NCBI GenBank assembly: GCA_951406725.2
Contig: OX597822.1
Coordinates: forward strand, 51,522,001-51,586,000
DNA from: Octopus vulgaris
Lineage: Eukaryota
Direction of reading: 5' to 3'
Length of the DNA: 64,000 nucleotides
This document shows, one piece after another, positions 1 to 13,645 of this stretch. How positions within the stretch are numbered: the stretch's first letter is position 1; every line of letters starts with the position of its first letter. Under the pieces are notes generated by a model. It was not told where the DNA came from. It was given only the letters and a program-made list of their open reading frames with translations, and did no database searches. Position numbers and translations under genes: made by a program.

Positions 1-118
1 CTTCTGTTGTTCTGCTCGCTTAGCCAGCGGGGTGGCGTCATTTGAAGGCTAAAACAATGCGAACGCATTGTGACCAGCGATGTGTAGCAACATCTGATGG
101 TCTGGTCGGTCACGTGAT

Positions 119-126
<8 letters not shown>
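1..126 (+). repeat. 3' end of an interspersed repeat (probable LINE/SINE tail) ending in CACGTGATCACGTGAT and running into (TA)n
   Basis: GC-richer segment ending in a short tandem CACGTGAT tail directly before a (TA)n tract; family not established. Confidence 0.4.
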
Positions 127-151
<25 letters not shown>

Positions 152-688
152 AACGTCAGTATCTTGCACGAGGAGAGGGTCCTCAATACCGAATTGGTGT
201 ATGATATTCTTCATTTGTGTATGAGTACCATTGTTTTCATGGTACGGACGTCTTCAATACTTATAAAGCCTTTCACATGGAAAATCAGTTTTCGCCTCTA
301 TTTTGGATATGTATATATATATAAGCATATATATATACGCATGTGTGTGTGTGTGTAGAAAGAAGAAGTATATGCCTAAGCAGGTGAAAATATAGAATTT
401 GTTTTGGGAGCTGGAAAATGCACCTGAATTTGAAAAACGCCAGAAATTGCAATAAAGAACGTCATATTCTCTTCTCATTTTTTCTCTCTCTTGTTCACGT
501 ATTCTGTAAAACCACAATGCAACCAAGCATATAATAATATACATTTGTTACACTATTCGCTGAACATTTATTTTGATATTATCTAACCTTGCGAAACGCA
601 TTTAATTTTTGAGAACATTTGATCGTTTAAATATGTTTGTCCGATTTCTACTTTATAATTTTAAATTCTGTTAAAATCACCTTGTCTT

Positions 689-689
<1 letters not shown>

Positions 690-756
<67 letters not shown>

Positions 757-758
757 AT

Positions 759-792
<34 letters not shown>

Positions 793-813
793 TTATTTGT
801 TTATTTATTTATT

Positions 814-855
<42 letters not shown>
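690..855. repeat. compound (TA)n/(CA)n/(ATTT)n microsatellite
   Basis: seen directly. Confidence 0.95.
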
Positions 856-857
<2 letters not shown>

Positions 858-1154
858 ATATTTTTACCATTGATAAGCAACAAAAATAGTTTGGTATGTA
901 TGCGAATCAATCTATCTAAAAACAACTACACGTTTTTCCAACTGAAATGTATTTTCAAACCCCAAAAAAGATTCTTCTATGTATACATATATACATATAC
1001 CAGTCTTTCTTTAACGGTATAGTCCAATTTCCTTTCCATGCTGCTCATAATTACCACGAAGTGAATTTTCTGCTTTATGTACATGCAGAAGTAATTTAAA
1101 TAAACCAATAATTTATTTCCTATGTTAATACATATATATTTATTTATGTTCATA

Positions 1155-1243
1155 TGCATGCATACATGCATACGTACGTACATACATACGTACATACATA
1201 CATACATACATACATACATACATACATACATACATACATACAC
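1155..1243. repeat. (TACA)n microsatellite
   Basis: seen directly; source of the MYVC ORF artefact. Confidence 0.95.
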
Positions 1244-2373
1244 AAATACATGCTACAGAGTGAGTATTGCATAAATGCTTCACCCAGAACATATAACATC
1301 ACCAGGGAAACACGCCTGCCGTGATTATGGAACAGCCAAATGGAAAATCATGATGAGTTGACTTCATAATTGGCTATATAGAGCATGACTTCCACAGAGA
1401 AATTTTTAGGACCCTGTTTAACAAGATGTGGTGGACGCTAAGCTATTTATTTTAGATTGACTGACGTTTGCTCGGAATATTTTTATCCTTAAGAACAAAG
1501 TGACAAAACTATTAGCCTATAACATTCGTGCATGTTATGTACAAATTATGCACAGGAAAAAGGGAACATTTATGGCGAATTAATCCAGAAGTTAATGTTC
1601 TTTCACCCTGAATATAAATCTTTATTTGTATTTGTTAGCCTAGTTCGATTAGGTCATATATCTACAAATTTTACGCAAAAACTAGAAAGACCAGATTTTT
1701 CGAATAAAGAGCAAAAGAAACTGAAGTAGATTCTCAAATACGAATCGATTAATGACATGTGCAGATTTGTAAGCGATATGTCCCGCATTGTGACGACGTA
1801 TTTCGTTGTCCTAGTGAGTGACTCGTACGGCGTACCTCGCTGACTGACACTGCTTACTGTGTCTGTTCACTATGTATCAGTAGTGGAACAGCCCACTTCT
1901 CATTTGGAGGTCTCCGCCACAACAGTAAGATTTTCTAAAAATTCTCCATTCATCCTTTAGATGAATAGTTGCACAGACTCGGTCGTGTGTATGGACAATA
2001 CAAACAAAACACCAACTCAACCACATGTTTACAAACACTGGTGAACTCTCTTAACTCAATGCGTCTTGTTGCTTTGTTAGCGACCTTCTTGAACTCTATC
2101 ATCCGGTTATGGAATAGTAGTCAATATTATTTAATATCATCTGGTAATAACTTCATAACATTCATTACAAAGCTACTACACTTTTATAGGCTCTATCATT
2201 TTCTATCACACAGCAATCCGTTAGTGTACGCATAATTCATATAAGAATATAAAAAACAATATGATCCAATAAACAAGCTTTATTCACAAGTCACAACAAT
2301 TGGTTGTGTGTATTGGTAACAGCTATTCATTGCTGAGTTGTTCATATACTAGTATACATATATTACGTACATA

Positions 2374-2680
2374 GGCGCAGAGATGGTTGTGCAGGAAGAA
2401 GCTTGCTTCCTGACCACGTGGGTCCGGATTCAGCCCCACTGTGTAGTACCTTCAGCAAGTGCCTTCTACTATAGACCCGGGCCGACCAAACTTTCTGAGT
2501 GGATTTGATAAGCGGAAACTGAAAGAAGCCCGTATGTATGTGTTTTGGGGTGTTTTCGCCCACCACACATGACAATCGATTTTGGAGTGTTTACATCCCT
2601 ATAACTTAGTGTTTCGGCAAAAGGGACGGATAGAATTATATATAGGCTTACAAAGAATAAGTTCTGGAATCTTGAAGCAG
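2374..2680 (+). mobile_element. tRNA-derived SINE, family A (GGCGCAGG..GTGG head, CCTTGGGCAAGT-type core), diverged
   Basis: colinear with the well-preserved copy at 48707-49089: head, GGAAACTGAAAGAAGCCCGT, internal (TG) tract, GATAGAAT..AAGAATAAG tail. Confidence 0.85.
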
Positions 2681-3418
2681 CACGGAAAGGACCAGTATTA
2701 AGGCCAACTGTTGGTATGACATCCAAAAATACCAGAGTGTCGTGTTCTAGCACAACATCATAGAAAAAAATTAAATAAGGCTAATCTACGAATTAATGTA
2801 GTGGAGAAACCTGGTGCCCCTTTAAAATCTGCAATCCCTCTGATAAGTCCCCCTGTACGAGGTACAATTGTTTTGTATGTAGAATGAACCCACAGTTTAA
2901 ATGTAAGGTTAGGAATGCAGTACATAGCTTACGATGTAGTGACGGACGGTGCAGAAACATGATAACTATCTACTAGGAGAGACTTAACGCAGCGTAGGAG
3001 AGCGTATAGGTGACCATTGGCGAGAGTTCAAAGAAGGGATCGAGACACAGAACTGACGCACTTAGACAAATTACAGAAGCTACATACAGTACCAGACAGA
3101 CCGAGCATCCATAGAAAACATGAATGGAACAGTAATACCCACCACCACACCACATAACTAAATACAGTAGGGATGTGAAGGGAGAGGGAAGGGGGAAAAC
3201 CCGTAAATAATACACAGATATATACAGAATAATACTCACACGATAGACATATATGCACTTACCTGCGATACTTATGAGAAATAGAGATAGATGTATAAAA
3301 CATAAATAGATAAATAAATAAGTAAATAAATACATAAGTATACGAATATATAAATATATATGGCATATACCTATGATAAATGTAAGACAGAGATAGATAA
3401 AATAAATAAATAAAACTA

Positions 3419-4609
3419 TTGGGTTGGCAACTAAGTTCCCGCTGTTGTTTTAAATTTAATACTTTTAAAGGTTTAATAAAGAAATAACAACTAATTAATC
3501 AATAATGTAGTCACCCTTCTTGTTTACAACTTCTTGCCAACGTTCAACAAGATTTTCAGTACATCGTTGTTAGAAATCAACCTATTTCGACTGGAAAAAT
3601 TGATCCGACCAATCTCTCAATTCTGCATCAGTATTGAACGAAATTCGGTGCATAGCATTTCAAAGAGATCGAAAGAGGTGGAAATCCTTTGGTGCCAAAT
3701 CAGAAGAGTACGGTGCGTGTGGCACCACTTCCCAGCCATGCATTTGAATGGCTTCCTTGGTCATATTGGAGATATGAGGATGGGTGTTGTGGTGCCGCAG
3801 AAGAACTCCATGCTGCCAATTAGGTCTTTTCTCTTGAATTGCCGTGTTGAGTTATTTTATGTGTTGAACATTGAGTTCCGATTTGACCATTTGGTTCCGT
3901 TCAAGCAATTCGTAATGGATAATCCTTTACCAGTCCTACCAAACGCACAACATCGTTTTACGTGGATGAAGGTCTTGTTTCACGCGCGGTGTCACTTGTT
4001 TACCAGAGCTAAGCCATTCCTTACACTGCTTCATATTTATGTACAGGTACCATTTTTCGTCGCCAGTAACCATTCGGTAAAGAAATCGTTGCTTGTGTCC
4101 ATGAGTTGAGCGGTGACGAGCAAGCAAACCAACGGAGATAGTGGCTCGTTAATTTTTTTTTGTCACTTAAAGCATGTGGAACTCATGTTCCATACATCTG
4201 AACCTCTCCTATCGAGGGAAGATGCTTCTCTATCGCAATGTGGGAGCATTCCATTTTCTCTGCCAGTTCACTTATCGTTTAACGAGAGTTTTCGTGCAAA
4301 AGTTGGTTTAATTGCTCTTCATCGAACTCAACGGGACGGCCAGAACGAGGTGCGTCTATGAGGTCAAAATTTCCATTTTTGAACTTGGCATGCCAATCAC
4401 GAGCGGTTCTTTCAGCTATGACGCCCTCTCCATACACAATACAAATGTCGCGAGCAGTTTTTGCGGCCTTAGAACTTTGATTAAAAGCAAAAAGAAGGAG
4501 GTGTCGAAAATGCTCGCTTTTCTTAACTTGGCATTCCATTTTAATGATCTCAACATAAACAAAAATTAATTAAAATTAACTAGAAAAAAAAACTTAGTTG
4601 CCAACCCAA
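3419..4609 (-). mobile_element. mariner (DD34D) DNA transposon, mellifera-subfamily-like, decayed
   Basis: perfect 19-bp TIRs TTGGGTTGGCAACTAAGTT at 3419-3437 and 4591-4609, TA on both flanks; transposase motifs on minus strand. Confidence 0.95.
3495..4539 (-). pseudogene. mariner transposase pseudogene (stops and a frameshift)
   Basis: MECQVKKSEHFRHLLLF..., APRSGRP, *VPHAL (WVPHEL motif), MVTGDEKW, PYSSDLAPKDFHLF (YSPDLAPSD motif), ends KGDYIID*. Confidence 0.93.
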
Positions 4610-4917
4610 TATAGAAAAGACATGGATACATACAAAGCGAACCCATACTCACACACAAACACTCACACACACGTGAAACCTCATGGACAGCCATATGATG
4701 TTAATAACACAACTACGGTCAACAGCAGCAGTGGTACCGACGATGGTAATAACAACAGCAACAACTACCACGATGGCAACACCATGGATAAAAATACATG
4801 CACGGAGGAATACAGAAACTGTACCTTCCGTTTTTCTCAGGTCTTAGGACAGCAGCAACATAATGGGGTGAGAGGTTGGGGCTGAGGAGAAGGCTACATT
4901 GCTGCTAAAAACTATGA

Positions 4918-5020
4918 CACATACATACATACACACATACATACATACATACATACATACATACATACATACATACATACATACATACATACACACACAC
5001 ATATACACACACACACACAA
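4918..5020. repeat. (TACA)n/(CA)n microsatellite
   Basis: seen directly. Confidence 0.95.
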
Positions 5021-6480
5021 ACTAGGACACAAACACATGCGCACATAAGTATACAAACCTTAGAAGAACAAAATGCAGTAAGTGGAGCGAGAATACACAC
5101 GGAAACGGAAAGTGTCACTGAAGAGATTACAGATGCGTGACAAAAGATTTCCGGACAATGGACAGGCATTAAAATGATAAAATAACAGTAATAAACGGGG
5201 CAACAAAAAAAGAACCCAGTGCACATAAAAACGAACAATTACACATAACCCACAAACACAACGGCTTCTCAGTGTAAATAAAACTATTCGTACCTATATA
5301 ACAATTAAAACTCGGAAATCAATTTTGTTTATTTTCAGCCAATTGTGAAAGAACAAATAATTCAGCAGTGAAAAGTTATGGTTTATGTGGAATTATATAT
5401 ATATATATAATATTTTAATATGGAGGATAAAATCTATATATGATTTTATCATGTAGCTAGCATGTCATAAACCGGTTAAGGTAAAATTTATAAATTTATA
5501 AATTAGTATTCTGGGCAATATATAGGCTTACCTATATGGCTTAAGAAGATGCCAAATGTCTTTAAGCTACCTTGAAAGTATCACAATAAATACGCACTGA
5601 ATTCGGGCAAATATATATATGCAACTGTAGTCGAACCATCAAAATTCGCTCGGACTATTCTGACGTTTTATTGATTTCGTGTTAATATAACACTGTTTAG
5701 GAAATATGAGGTTTGAAATCTAGCGGCATGTGTGTCTTTCGGCTCCTAATCACCATACTGTTTATGCAATTATAAGCTAATAAATAAAACTTAAAACCCT
5801 CTTCGGATAATTTCTTTCATATTTGCAACAATTCAAATTAATATATATTTAATTAATTAATTTTATATTAACAATCTCCTTGAAATATTTATAATGTGAC
5901 AGATTTTTAATGTAGCATACCTGGTTATATAAAATAGTATTAAATTCCTTAAACAAAAAATGGTAGCTTTCATTTTACATTAATATTTTATGTTCCATAA
6001 TATAGAACAACATGCGATTAAAAATCATATTTTATGTCATTATATTACATAGGTCGTAGCATATATTTATATTTACTTTGACGCAAATATGCTCACCGTT
6101 GCGCTTATTGAATCTGCAATATTTCATACCGTATGATGTTGCAGCAATTTGTGTTTTGCAATGCGTTAGTGATCGGTTACAGCAACATATATATTTTACT
6201 GCATCCAGTTAACAGCATTTACATAATTTGTTGTAATAAGATAATTGCTACAAGCTTCCAGTGTCAATATTCTTTAACACATTTGTCTGTTTACCTTGGG
6301 AATTCATAACACATCCTGACATAAGTAACTTGAAGTTTCAATTCATGAGATACCTGGAGACGAAGTAAGATTTTAATAATTATTCCTAGACATATTTCTT
6401 CAAAATATCTTGTTCTTTCATTTATTGTCCCATCTTTCTACTTAGTACCCTCTCTCCATCACTATCTCCCCTTCCCTATC

Positions 6481-6515
<35 letters not shown>

Positions 6516-7129
6516 CTCCTCTTCTTGTTTCTCTCTATCTCACTCAAATCTATTTCCTCTTTTTTTGTTTAGTATTTCTTCAAATCGTCATTCTTAATCT
6601 TGCTTTTCCTCACTCAACTATGTATCCCTTTCTGTGTATCTGTCAAAAATGTCCGAATGATTTTTAAAATTGGTTTGAAATCATACGGTAACTGCACAAA
6701 GTTCTTCAGTATACATAAATTTGATGCCATTTTACTGATAAGTGACAAATATTAAAAAAGGAATGGATTTCATTGAGAAGGTCACTGCTTACCCTAATTG
6801 ATGACTGAACGATTTCCATCTAACCAAAACAAATAGAATAAATGGAAATAATGTTTTCCATGCTGTGAAAGGACATTTGTTCTTTTTGTTTTGCAAACAG
6901 GTAATTTTCTTAAAATCTTTTTGTTCTACAAATAATATAAACGTTGAATAAGAGATCATAAAAAATATTTATATTTTAGAGAAAGATTTTAGATATATAT
7001 TTGCGTCACTTATTACTGTTATATATAGTAATTCTTAAACATTTACAGATATTTTACTTGAACCGAAATGAAAGCATACTTCGGGCCATTCTACTTCAAA
7101 GGTTTGAACAGTAATAGCTTTCATTATAT

Positions 7130-7490
7130 ATGAGACATAAGAATAGTGTTTTAAAAGACAGACAACATATCAAAAAACAAATGCAATGCCTACAGAACAT
7201 GATTCTTAATAATAATGAACAAAACCTACATCGACCGTGACAAGCGATGCAACAACAAATTATTAAAGTGTTTTTTGAATTTAAGAATTCGAGAGTAAAT
7301 TTGAAATACAAAGAAAAGTTTTGGGTTATAGATAAAAAGTATAATTTGAATATATCAAACCATAGAAAGTCGGTGAAATATCTCCCACACAGATGCACTG
7401 TCATGCATGGGGTGGGGTAACCAGACAAGCATTAATTATTAGAGGGAATTTTCAAGAGCCAAGAGCAATATCACCGGAAACATTTAAAAT
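7130..7490 (+). mobile_element. possible highly decayed Tc1-like transposase remnant
   Basis: fragments KFWVIDKKYNL (cf. VIFSDEKKFNL) and AWGGVTRQALIIRGN (cf. VWGGI...LVII.GN) in the expected order; weak. Confidence 0.3.
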
Positions 7491-7577
7491 ACAGTTGTTG
7501 CAGTTGTTGTTTTTGTTGTTGTTGCTGTCGTTGTTCTTCTTATTGTTGTTGTTGCTTCGGTTGCTGTTATTATTATT

Positions 7578-8055
7578 GAGTGAGAGAGCTGTGCATGCCA
7601 TCAAAGTGACATTGGGATAAAATATACAAAGCTCAGTACACCCATCATGACTACCCGTCTGATAAGTGTACACCAGGCACATGCATCACAAAGATATGAG
7701 CGCCACGTGGTGATCGCATATCAAAAGAAACACCGCAGGGAATTGCAGATGAAGTCCAGTTAGTATTTTCGTTAGGTCGAGTAGGCCATCCCACTCAAAA
7801 GTTCCCGTGAACAAGGTTTGTTTAGAGATATTGAAAGAAACAGCCATATTTCTAGACGTGAATTATTCAAACTCCAAAGAATTCCACTCAGCACATAGCT
7901 ATAATGCTCCCCAATACTTCTGCCGTTGATCAGTGATCCACATATCGTTAGCCAATAATGGACATGCTCAACTGGTTGAGGTCAATCAACTGACAACCAA
8001 ATCTGTGGTATTCAGCAGAATATTTGTAGCCCATCTTTTATCCCAAGAGAAAACA
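7578..8055. mobile_element. non-coding (TAA)n-associated interspersed element, copy 1 (right end missing)
   Basis: colinear with 32887-33416 and 35885-36355; bounded by (ATT)n on both sides. Confidence 0.85.
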
Positions 8056-8080
8056 TTATTATTATTATTATTATCATTAC

Positions 8081-8150
<70 letters not shown>

Positions 8151-8174
8151 TATTATTATTATTATTATTATTAT

Positions 8175-8206
<32 letters not shown>

Positions 8207-8215
8207 TTATTATTA

Positions 8216-8313
<98 letters not shown>

Positions 8314-8330
8314 CATCATTATCATCATCA

Positions 8331-8398
<68 letters not shown>

Positions 8399-8410
8399 GT
8401 TATTATTATT
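8056..8410. repeat. ~355-bp (TTA)n array with interspersed TCA units
   Basis: seen directly. Confidence 0.97.
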
Positions 8411-10030
8411 TTATCACGTGTTTTCACTGCACTACCGAGTACAGCTCTATGTGGATTGGGTATTTGCTGTGGTTTGTTGTTATGCTCTTACTTTTACTGT
8501 ATCGAACGTGTTTACGTAGGATATGTGTGGTGCCTAGTAGTGCTATTTTCTGTATGCTATATATACTTGTTAGTCCTGGTGTTCTCTTATGGATTTGTCT
8601 GATTTTTTTTATCACATCTAATGCGCCTACTATGATAGGAACTGTTTCTGTTTTTTGACTCCATATTCGAGTTACCTCTATTCCAGATGTTTGTATTTTT
8701 AAAGTTTCTCCGTTTCCTTTAGAGAAATATTATCTCTTGGTTTGATACATCGATTAAAAAGCATTTTTGTCTTGGCGCTAAGATACAGTGTATAGTTGCT
8801 CTCTCATTTTCTGTGACATTTTCTGGTATGTACCTATACCATGTATTTTTTGCTGTTTTTCCAGAGTATTGATATGGCTTCCACTGTATATAGGTCCCGA
8901 CTCTGTCGTTTCTGTGAACATATTCCTTCTTGACCAGGACTGGGCAGCCAGAGACAATATGATTTATTGTTACTTCTCCATCTCCACCTATTCTGCAGTT
9001 ACTTGTAATTCTTTTCATCATATGCTTTTGGTAATATCTGATGGTAAGTATTTGATCTTGTGCTGCAATTAAAAATCCTTCAGTCTCTGCTTTGTGTCCT
9101 GAGCTTCTCAGCCATTGTTGGGATTTTGCCTTGTCTATTTATTTTCTGTTTAATTTAACCCAATATTTGCCATGTATGGACTTTTCTTGCCATCGTTTTA
9201 TCATGATCTGTTGCTGAAAGCAGTTGTTTGTTTTGTTCGTGTTTTGTGGTTATTTGCATTAGTTTTCCTTTCTTCTGAAGTAGGCATTCCTGTAGTCCTA
9301 TGGTGTTTCTTTTGTCATAGTTTTTTAGCTGCATAAAGCCTCTACAGCTTCCGATGCGTTTTATATATAACCTTGTTATATCAGATTGTGGGTGGTGTAC
9401 CCGGAATCCTGTCATTACTTCCTTGTCTTCCTCTCTATTTTGATTAGTTCGTTTGAAGTCCAGTTAAGAATTTTGTAGCTGTAATTTATAACTGGGATGG
9501 CTAGGTTGTTGATACTTACTATCTTGTTTTTCGCATTAAGCTGCTTTCAGTATTAATCTAACACGTGTATAGTATCATTTGTTATCTTCTCATTTATTTG
9601 TGCGTGTTTCTAAGTAGTTGTATGTCTGGTTTTGGTCTATTTCATTTGCTGTATTTGGTGTGATGTTGCAACTCTTAACCTGTTTTACTTTTTCCAGTGT
9701 TGATTTGGCACAATTTTCTAAGCCATATTTCATGTTGATTTCTTTAGTAAATCCATGTTTTATCTGTAGTAAAATGTTTTCAGCTGTTTGTCATTTGTAG
9801 CGTAGAGTTTTATAGCATTCACATATAAGAAGTGCCTCATTGTTTTGCCGCAACAGTTGTATCCACATCCAGTTCGCCTTAGCATGTCTGATACAGGTGT
9901 CAGTGCCAAGCAGAAAAAGGAGTGGAGAGAGCGTGTCTCCCTAGACTATTTATCTTCTCATGGGGATGAATTTGATTTTTATGAGTCCCTCTTTTGTCTG
10001 GAGCCCCAACACTGTCTGCCATCTATTCAT
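8410..10030 (-). mobile_element. R4/Dong-like non-LTR retrotransposon (RT C-terminal half, CCHC, RLE endonuclease, 3' UTR), 5'-truncated and decayed
   Basis: GDTLSPLLFCLAL (RT), RLYIKRIGSCRG, CRIGGDGEVTINHIVSGC..KKEYVHRNDRV (CCHC + RHD), KCFLIDVS, QKIALLGTTHILRK; 3' end abuts (TAA)n. Confidence 0.92.
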
Positions 10031-10034
10031 GAAA

Positions 10035-10690
10035 TGTAAATAATAACCTGAACTACTAACGAATTTATAGCTAACATCTTGTGACGTGCATTTAACTCGG
10101 ATTTTAGGACTGCTGGAACTCTCCTGTAACATTCCTTGCTGATCTTCCTGGTCAGCTCGCATTCTGAATGCCAGAGCACTTATCTATTCCGAGGAATTTG
10201 TAAGTTTGAGCCTGCTCAAATTCTTTTATAGCTGTGTCAACATCCACCACCACTAAATGTGAGGTCTTCAATTTCTCTTTATGGAAATTAGACTTGGCAC
10301 ATTTAGCAAGACCTCATTCCATCCTGATGTCATCAATGACTGCTTTCACTGTAGTAATCCTTCAAGTTCATTATCATTTTAGCCACAGAGTTTTAAATCA
10401 TTCATAGAAAGTAGATGACTTATTTTCTTGGGGTCAAATTTATACCCCTATTCTGTTCCGTTAAGTTCACTAGTAAGGGGTATTAGGGTTGTGCAAATAA
10501 TTAAAGGTGACGGGAATCAACTTGGAAACAAACTGGCGCAGTTGATATTAGTATTTTTGTGGTCAGTACTCCATTATCATGTTATAATTGGGAATTCGTA
10601 TGCCACACTATCATATCGAGTTAGAAATTACAGGAGAAATGTTGAAGGTATCCAGCAATTTCAAGATCCACGAATGCGGTTTGCTCTCAA
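10035..10690 (-). mobile_element. RT fragment of a second R4-like LINE subfamily
   Basis: HSWILKLLDTFNISP, KISHLLSMNDLKL (YMDDLKL motif), VLKSELNARHKMLAINS. Confidence 0.8.
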
Positions 10691-10699
10691 AGGGTCTTT

Positions 10700-11470
10700 T
10701 TAAAATCAATACTTACGGAAACATTACAAAATCTAGAAATTCTTGTAGTAATATTCTTATCTAGTCCCCGTATAATCGAGGGTTGATGGTTGGATACTAC
10801 CTTAATGTATGGTCATTTAGCTTATGAAATGATTGAAATAAACTATTAGCAAGGCAGAAGGTAGCGTCAGAAAAATTCACTCTACGATAATCTTTTCCCA
10901 TAGTAATCTTTAGTCTTAAATTTTTGAAAAGTCTAAAGAAATTTTTCCAATGACTTTCTAACTGTACTTCGCTTCTTCTTTTCAGAAAAATAAATAAGAC
11001 GTCATCCCTCTATAGACCTCCCTGTTACTTCCAGAAAGGAAGACTGGATTAAAGAAAGGATATATATTTTGACTAGATCATTGGTCTAAACAGAATCATA
11101 TGAGACCATTGCTATTTCAAATGCCTTCTCCCTACCTAATCTACTCCATAATCTACCACCAAAATCTACTAGAGTGGCTCGCGCGGCAAGTATAATATCT
11201 GTTTTGCGTCGGGACAGATCGGAATTTTTCATGCTAAAAATCAGTTGCAAGAATGTACTCTTCTTACTAATTTCTAGAAGCTTAAAACATGGAACCACCT
11301 ATTGGGTCTCAGACAAGAGGGCTAATCTACTTTTAGACTTAAGGACGGGTATTACGCTATCAATGATTTTTTGTTACTAATAATGCCTATGTCGGATTTA
11401 GAAGGACAATTCAATTTAACTGAGGGGTCGGTAAGAAAGTTAGGTTTATGGTCCTTAAGCACAATGCGGC
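10700..11470 (-). mobile_element. Penelope-like element reverse transcriptase fragment
   Basis: LKDHKPNFLTDPSVKLNCPSKSDIG, FEIAMVSYDS (F..MGSYD), GGL*RDD (GLYRDD), YIKVVSNHQPSII (Y....SNHPP) are typical Penelope-type RT motifs. Confidence 0.85.
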
Positions 11471-11576
11471 GTTAAATGTGCTGAAACAATTGTCGTGATT
11501 AATGATAAATTCTCGTATATTCCATCTACCGTCTTTCATTTGCCATATACATAGCGATCACTATGAATATATATAT

Positions 11577-11795
11577 GTGCGTCTGTGTTTGTTACTCACC
11601 ACCGCTTGACAATTTGTGGTGGTGTTTTTACGTTCCTGTATTCTAGCGGTGTGGCAACACAGCCCGATAGAATAAGTACATGGATTCAAAGCAAATAAGT
11701 CCTAGGGTCGATTTGTTCGACTAAATCCCTTCACGGCGGTACCCTAGCATGCTCGCAGTCAAATGACCGAAACAAGTAATCAGATAAAATGAAGA
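11577..11795 (+). mobile_element. SINE family A 3' half
   Basis: CGCTTGACAA..GATAGAATAAGTAC..GTCGATTTGTTCGACTAAA..CGCAGTCAAATGACCGAAACAAGTAA matches tails at 48470-48665 and 48920-49089. Confidence 0.85.
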
Positions 11796-11804
11796 ATAAA
11801 AAAT

Positions 11805-11836
11805 GATACACACATACGCACGCTCACACACACACT

Positions 11837-11904
<68 letters not shown>

Positions 11905-12130
11905 TATATATATATATATATATACGGAGAGAGACAGCCAGACAGACAGAAACAGAAAGTTATGAAGAACCATAGAGAGATGCTTGCATACACATATTTC
12001 ATATATATGTTTAAATGTGCTTTATGTATGTATATATGTGTGGTGTGTGTGTGTATGTGTTTGTGTGTGTTTGTGTGTGTGTGTGTATGTGTGTGTGTGC
12101 GTGTGTGTGTTTACGTGTGTACGTGTATGC
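11805..12130. repeat. (CA)n/(TA)n and (TG)n microsatellite cluster
   Basis: seen directly. Confidence 0.9.
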
Positions 12131-13049
12131 GTATTTTGAAAACAGGATTGATGAAAACTGGCAGTAACTCGTGACTTTCATTGAAAAGTTTGTATCTCAG
12201 GTCACGTCTGCAATATTCCGATTTTTGTTCACTGAAATTAAATTAGTGTAGCATTTATTCGCTGATATTGATGATCATGTAAGTTAATCAATTCCTAACT
12301 GTCCATTTGTTGCCCATTTCATTAGTGAAAATTATCTGTGTAAAACTCAAGAAAAAAACTTCCAACAGAAAAAAAGAAAAACTGCATTATAATTCAAAGC
12401 TACAAATTGGCTCACACTACTAAAATGTTTAAAAGTTATAAATGAATGAATATTTCTTAAATTGTTTTGAAACTTGTTGTCGATATTTACTTACTCGTTG
12501 GTGCGTCATTTATATTTTATGTTCAATATTTGATAACTTACTTCTTTAAATTTGAACATTTTACGTGTTCTTTAATTCTTAATAGCGTGTACTTTTGTCT
12601 CCAATATTGTGTTAACATTCATTTATGGAGTACTTAATGTACGTAGATACATTCGTTCGATTTAGCCTTTCTAATAGATTTTTGTAGCTAATAATTTTAT
12701 AGCAAAATTTGTTGTAAATTCATAGCGGACAGATGTGTTAAAACTTTTCCCCCACCCTTTCCATTTATTTCTCTGATACCGTCCTCCTCAATATAACTAT
12801 TTATATTGCTATTATTTTGTTATTTTTCATTTATCGTTCTTTAGATAACATCAAGAAATCGTCAGCGACAAGATCAACTAAAGCAATCATGAACTGTACA
12901 AACCCATAACAACCTTAATTATTGTCCCATTAATATTAACATTACCAGTACAGGCATTAAGAGAATAAGAATAATAACAAGAACATATGCATGCACACAT
13001 GCAATAACAGAAATAACACGTAGACAATATAGAATTATATCTATCTATG

Positions 13050-13215
13050 CGTATATAAAATATTTTTACAGGGTAGGGAATAATTTCAGTGTAGGGAATA
13101 ATTCGATTACATTGGTGGCAGTGTGAAATCGGTACTTGATTTATCGAGCTCGAGAGGATGAGGGGCAAAGTCTGAGCTCTCAGTTGAAAGTCGGAAGGAA
13201 TGTTGCTAACCACCT
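13050..13215 (-). mobile_element. SINE family B, strongly decayed
   Basis: TCGATTACATT..GGTACTTGATTTATCGAG..GAGGATGAGGGGCAAAGTC is the reverse complement of the family B core. Confidence 0.6.
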
Positions 13216-13255
13216 TTCACCTCTCTCTGTCTCTCTATATATATAAATATATAGC

Positions 13256-13322
<67 letters not shown>

Positions 13323-13336
13323 CATGTACGTATATA

Positions 13337-13564
13337 TGGTGGTTGTCTACTTCTTATGCAGAGTCTGAGCAACTCCTATACTTACACCTTAGATCCATCA
13401 TGACGTTTAATGAGGCTTTTTAAACCAGACTATGCATTGAGAAGTCACCGACATAGATTCCATATCTATGCAGTTAAGTTTGGATATTCGTGGATATTAA
13501 AATGTCCTATGATGTCTCCGTCAGAACTGCAGACATTATGGCATACAGGGCATTGAAAGGGGTG

Positions 13565-13645
<81 letters not shown>

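Noticed and set aside
1786-1832. Minus-strand CGTACGAGTC..GGACAACGAAATACGTC resembling a hammerhead
   Set aside because: CUGA core is broken, extra bases precede GAAA and no convincing stem I.
3534-4109. 191-aa plus-strand ORF
   Set aside because: Antisense shadow of the mariner transposase.
2930-5270. GC-richer sequence on both sides of the mariner, possibly an older host element
   Set aside because: No termini, protein motifs or second copy in the window to support a call.
7933-8658. 241-aa ORF (and similar poly-L/I/Y/N/D, YIYI, MYVC, YLSI, HTHT ORFs throughout)
   Set aside because: Translations of microsatellites lacking stop codons in some frames; no evidence of real coding.
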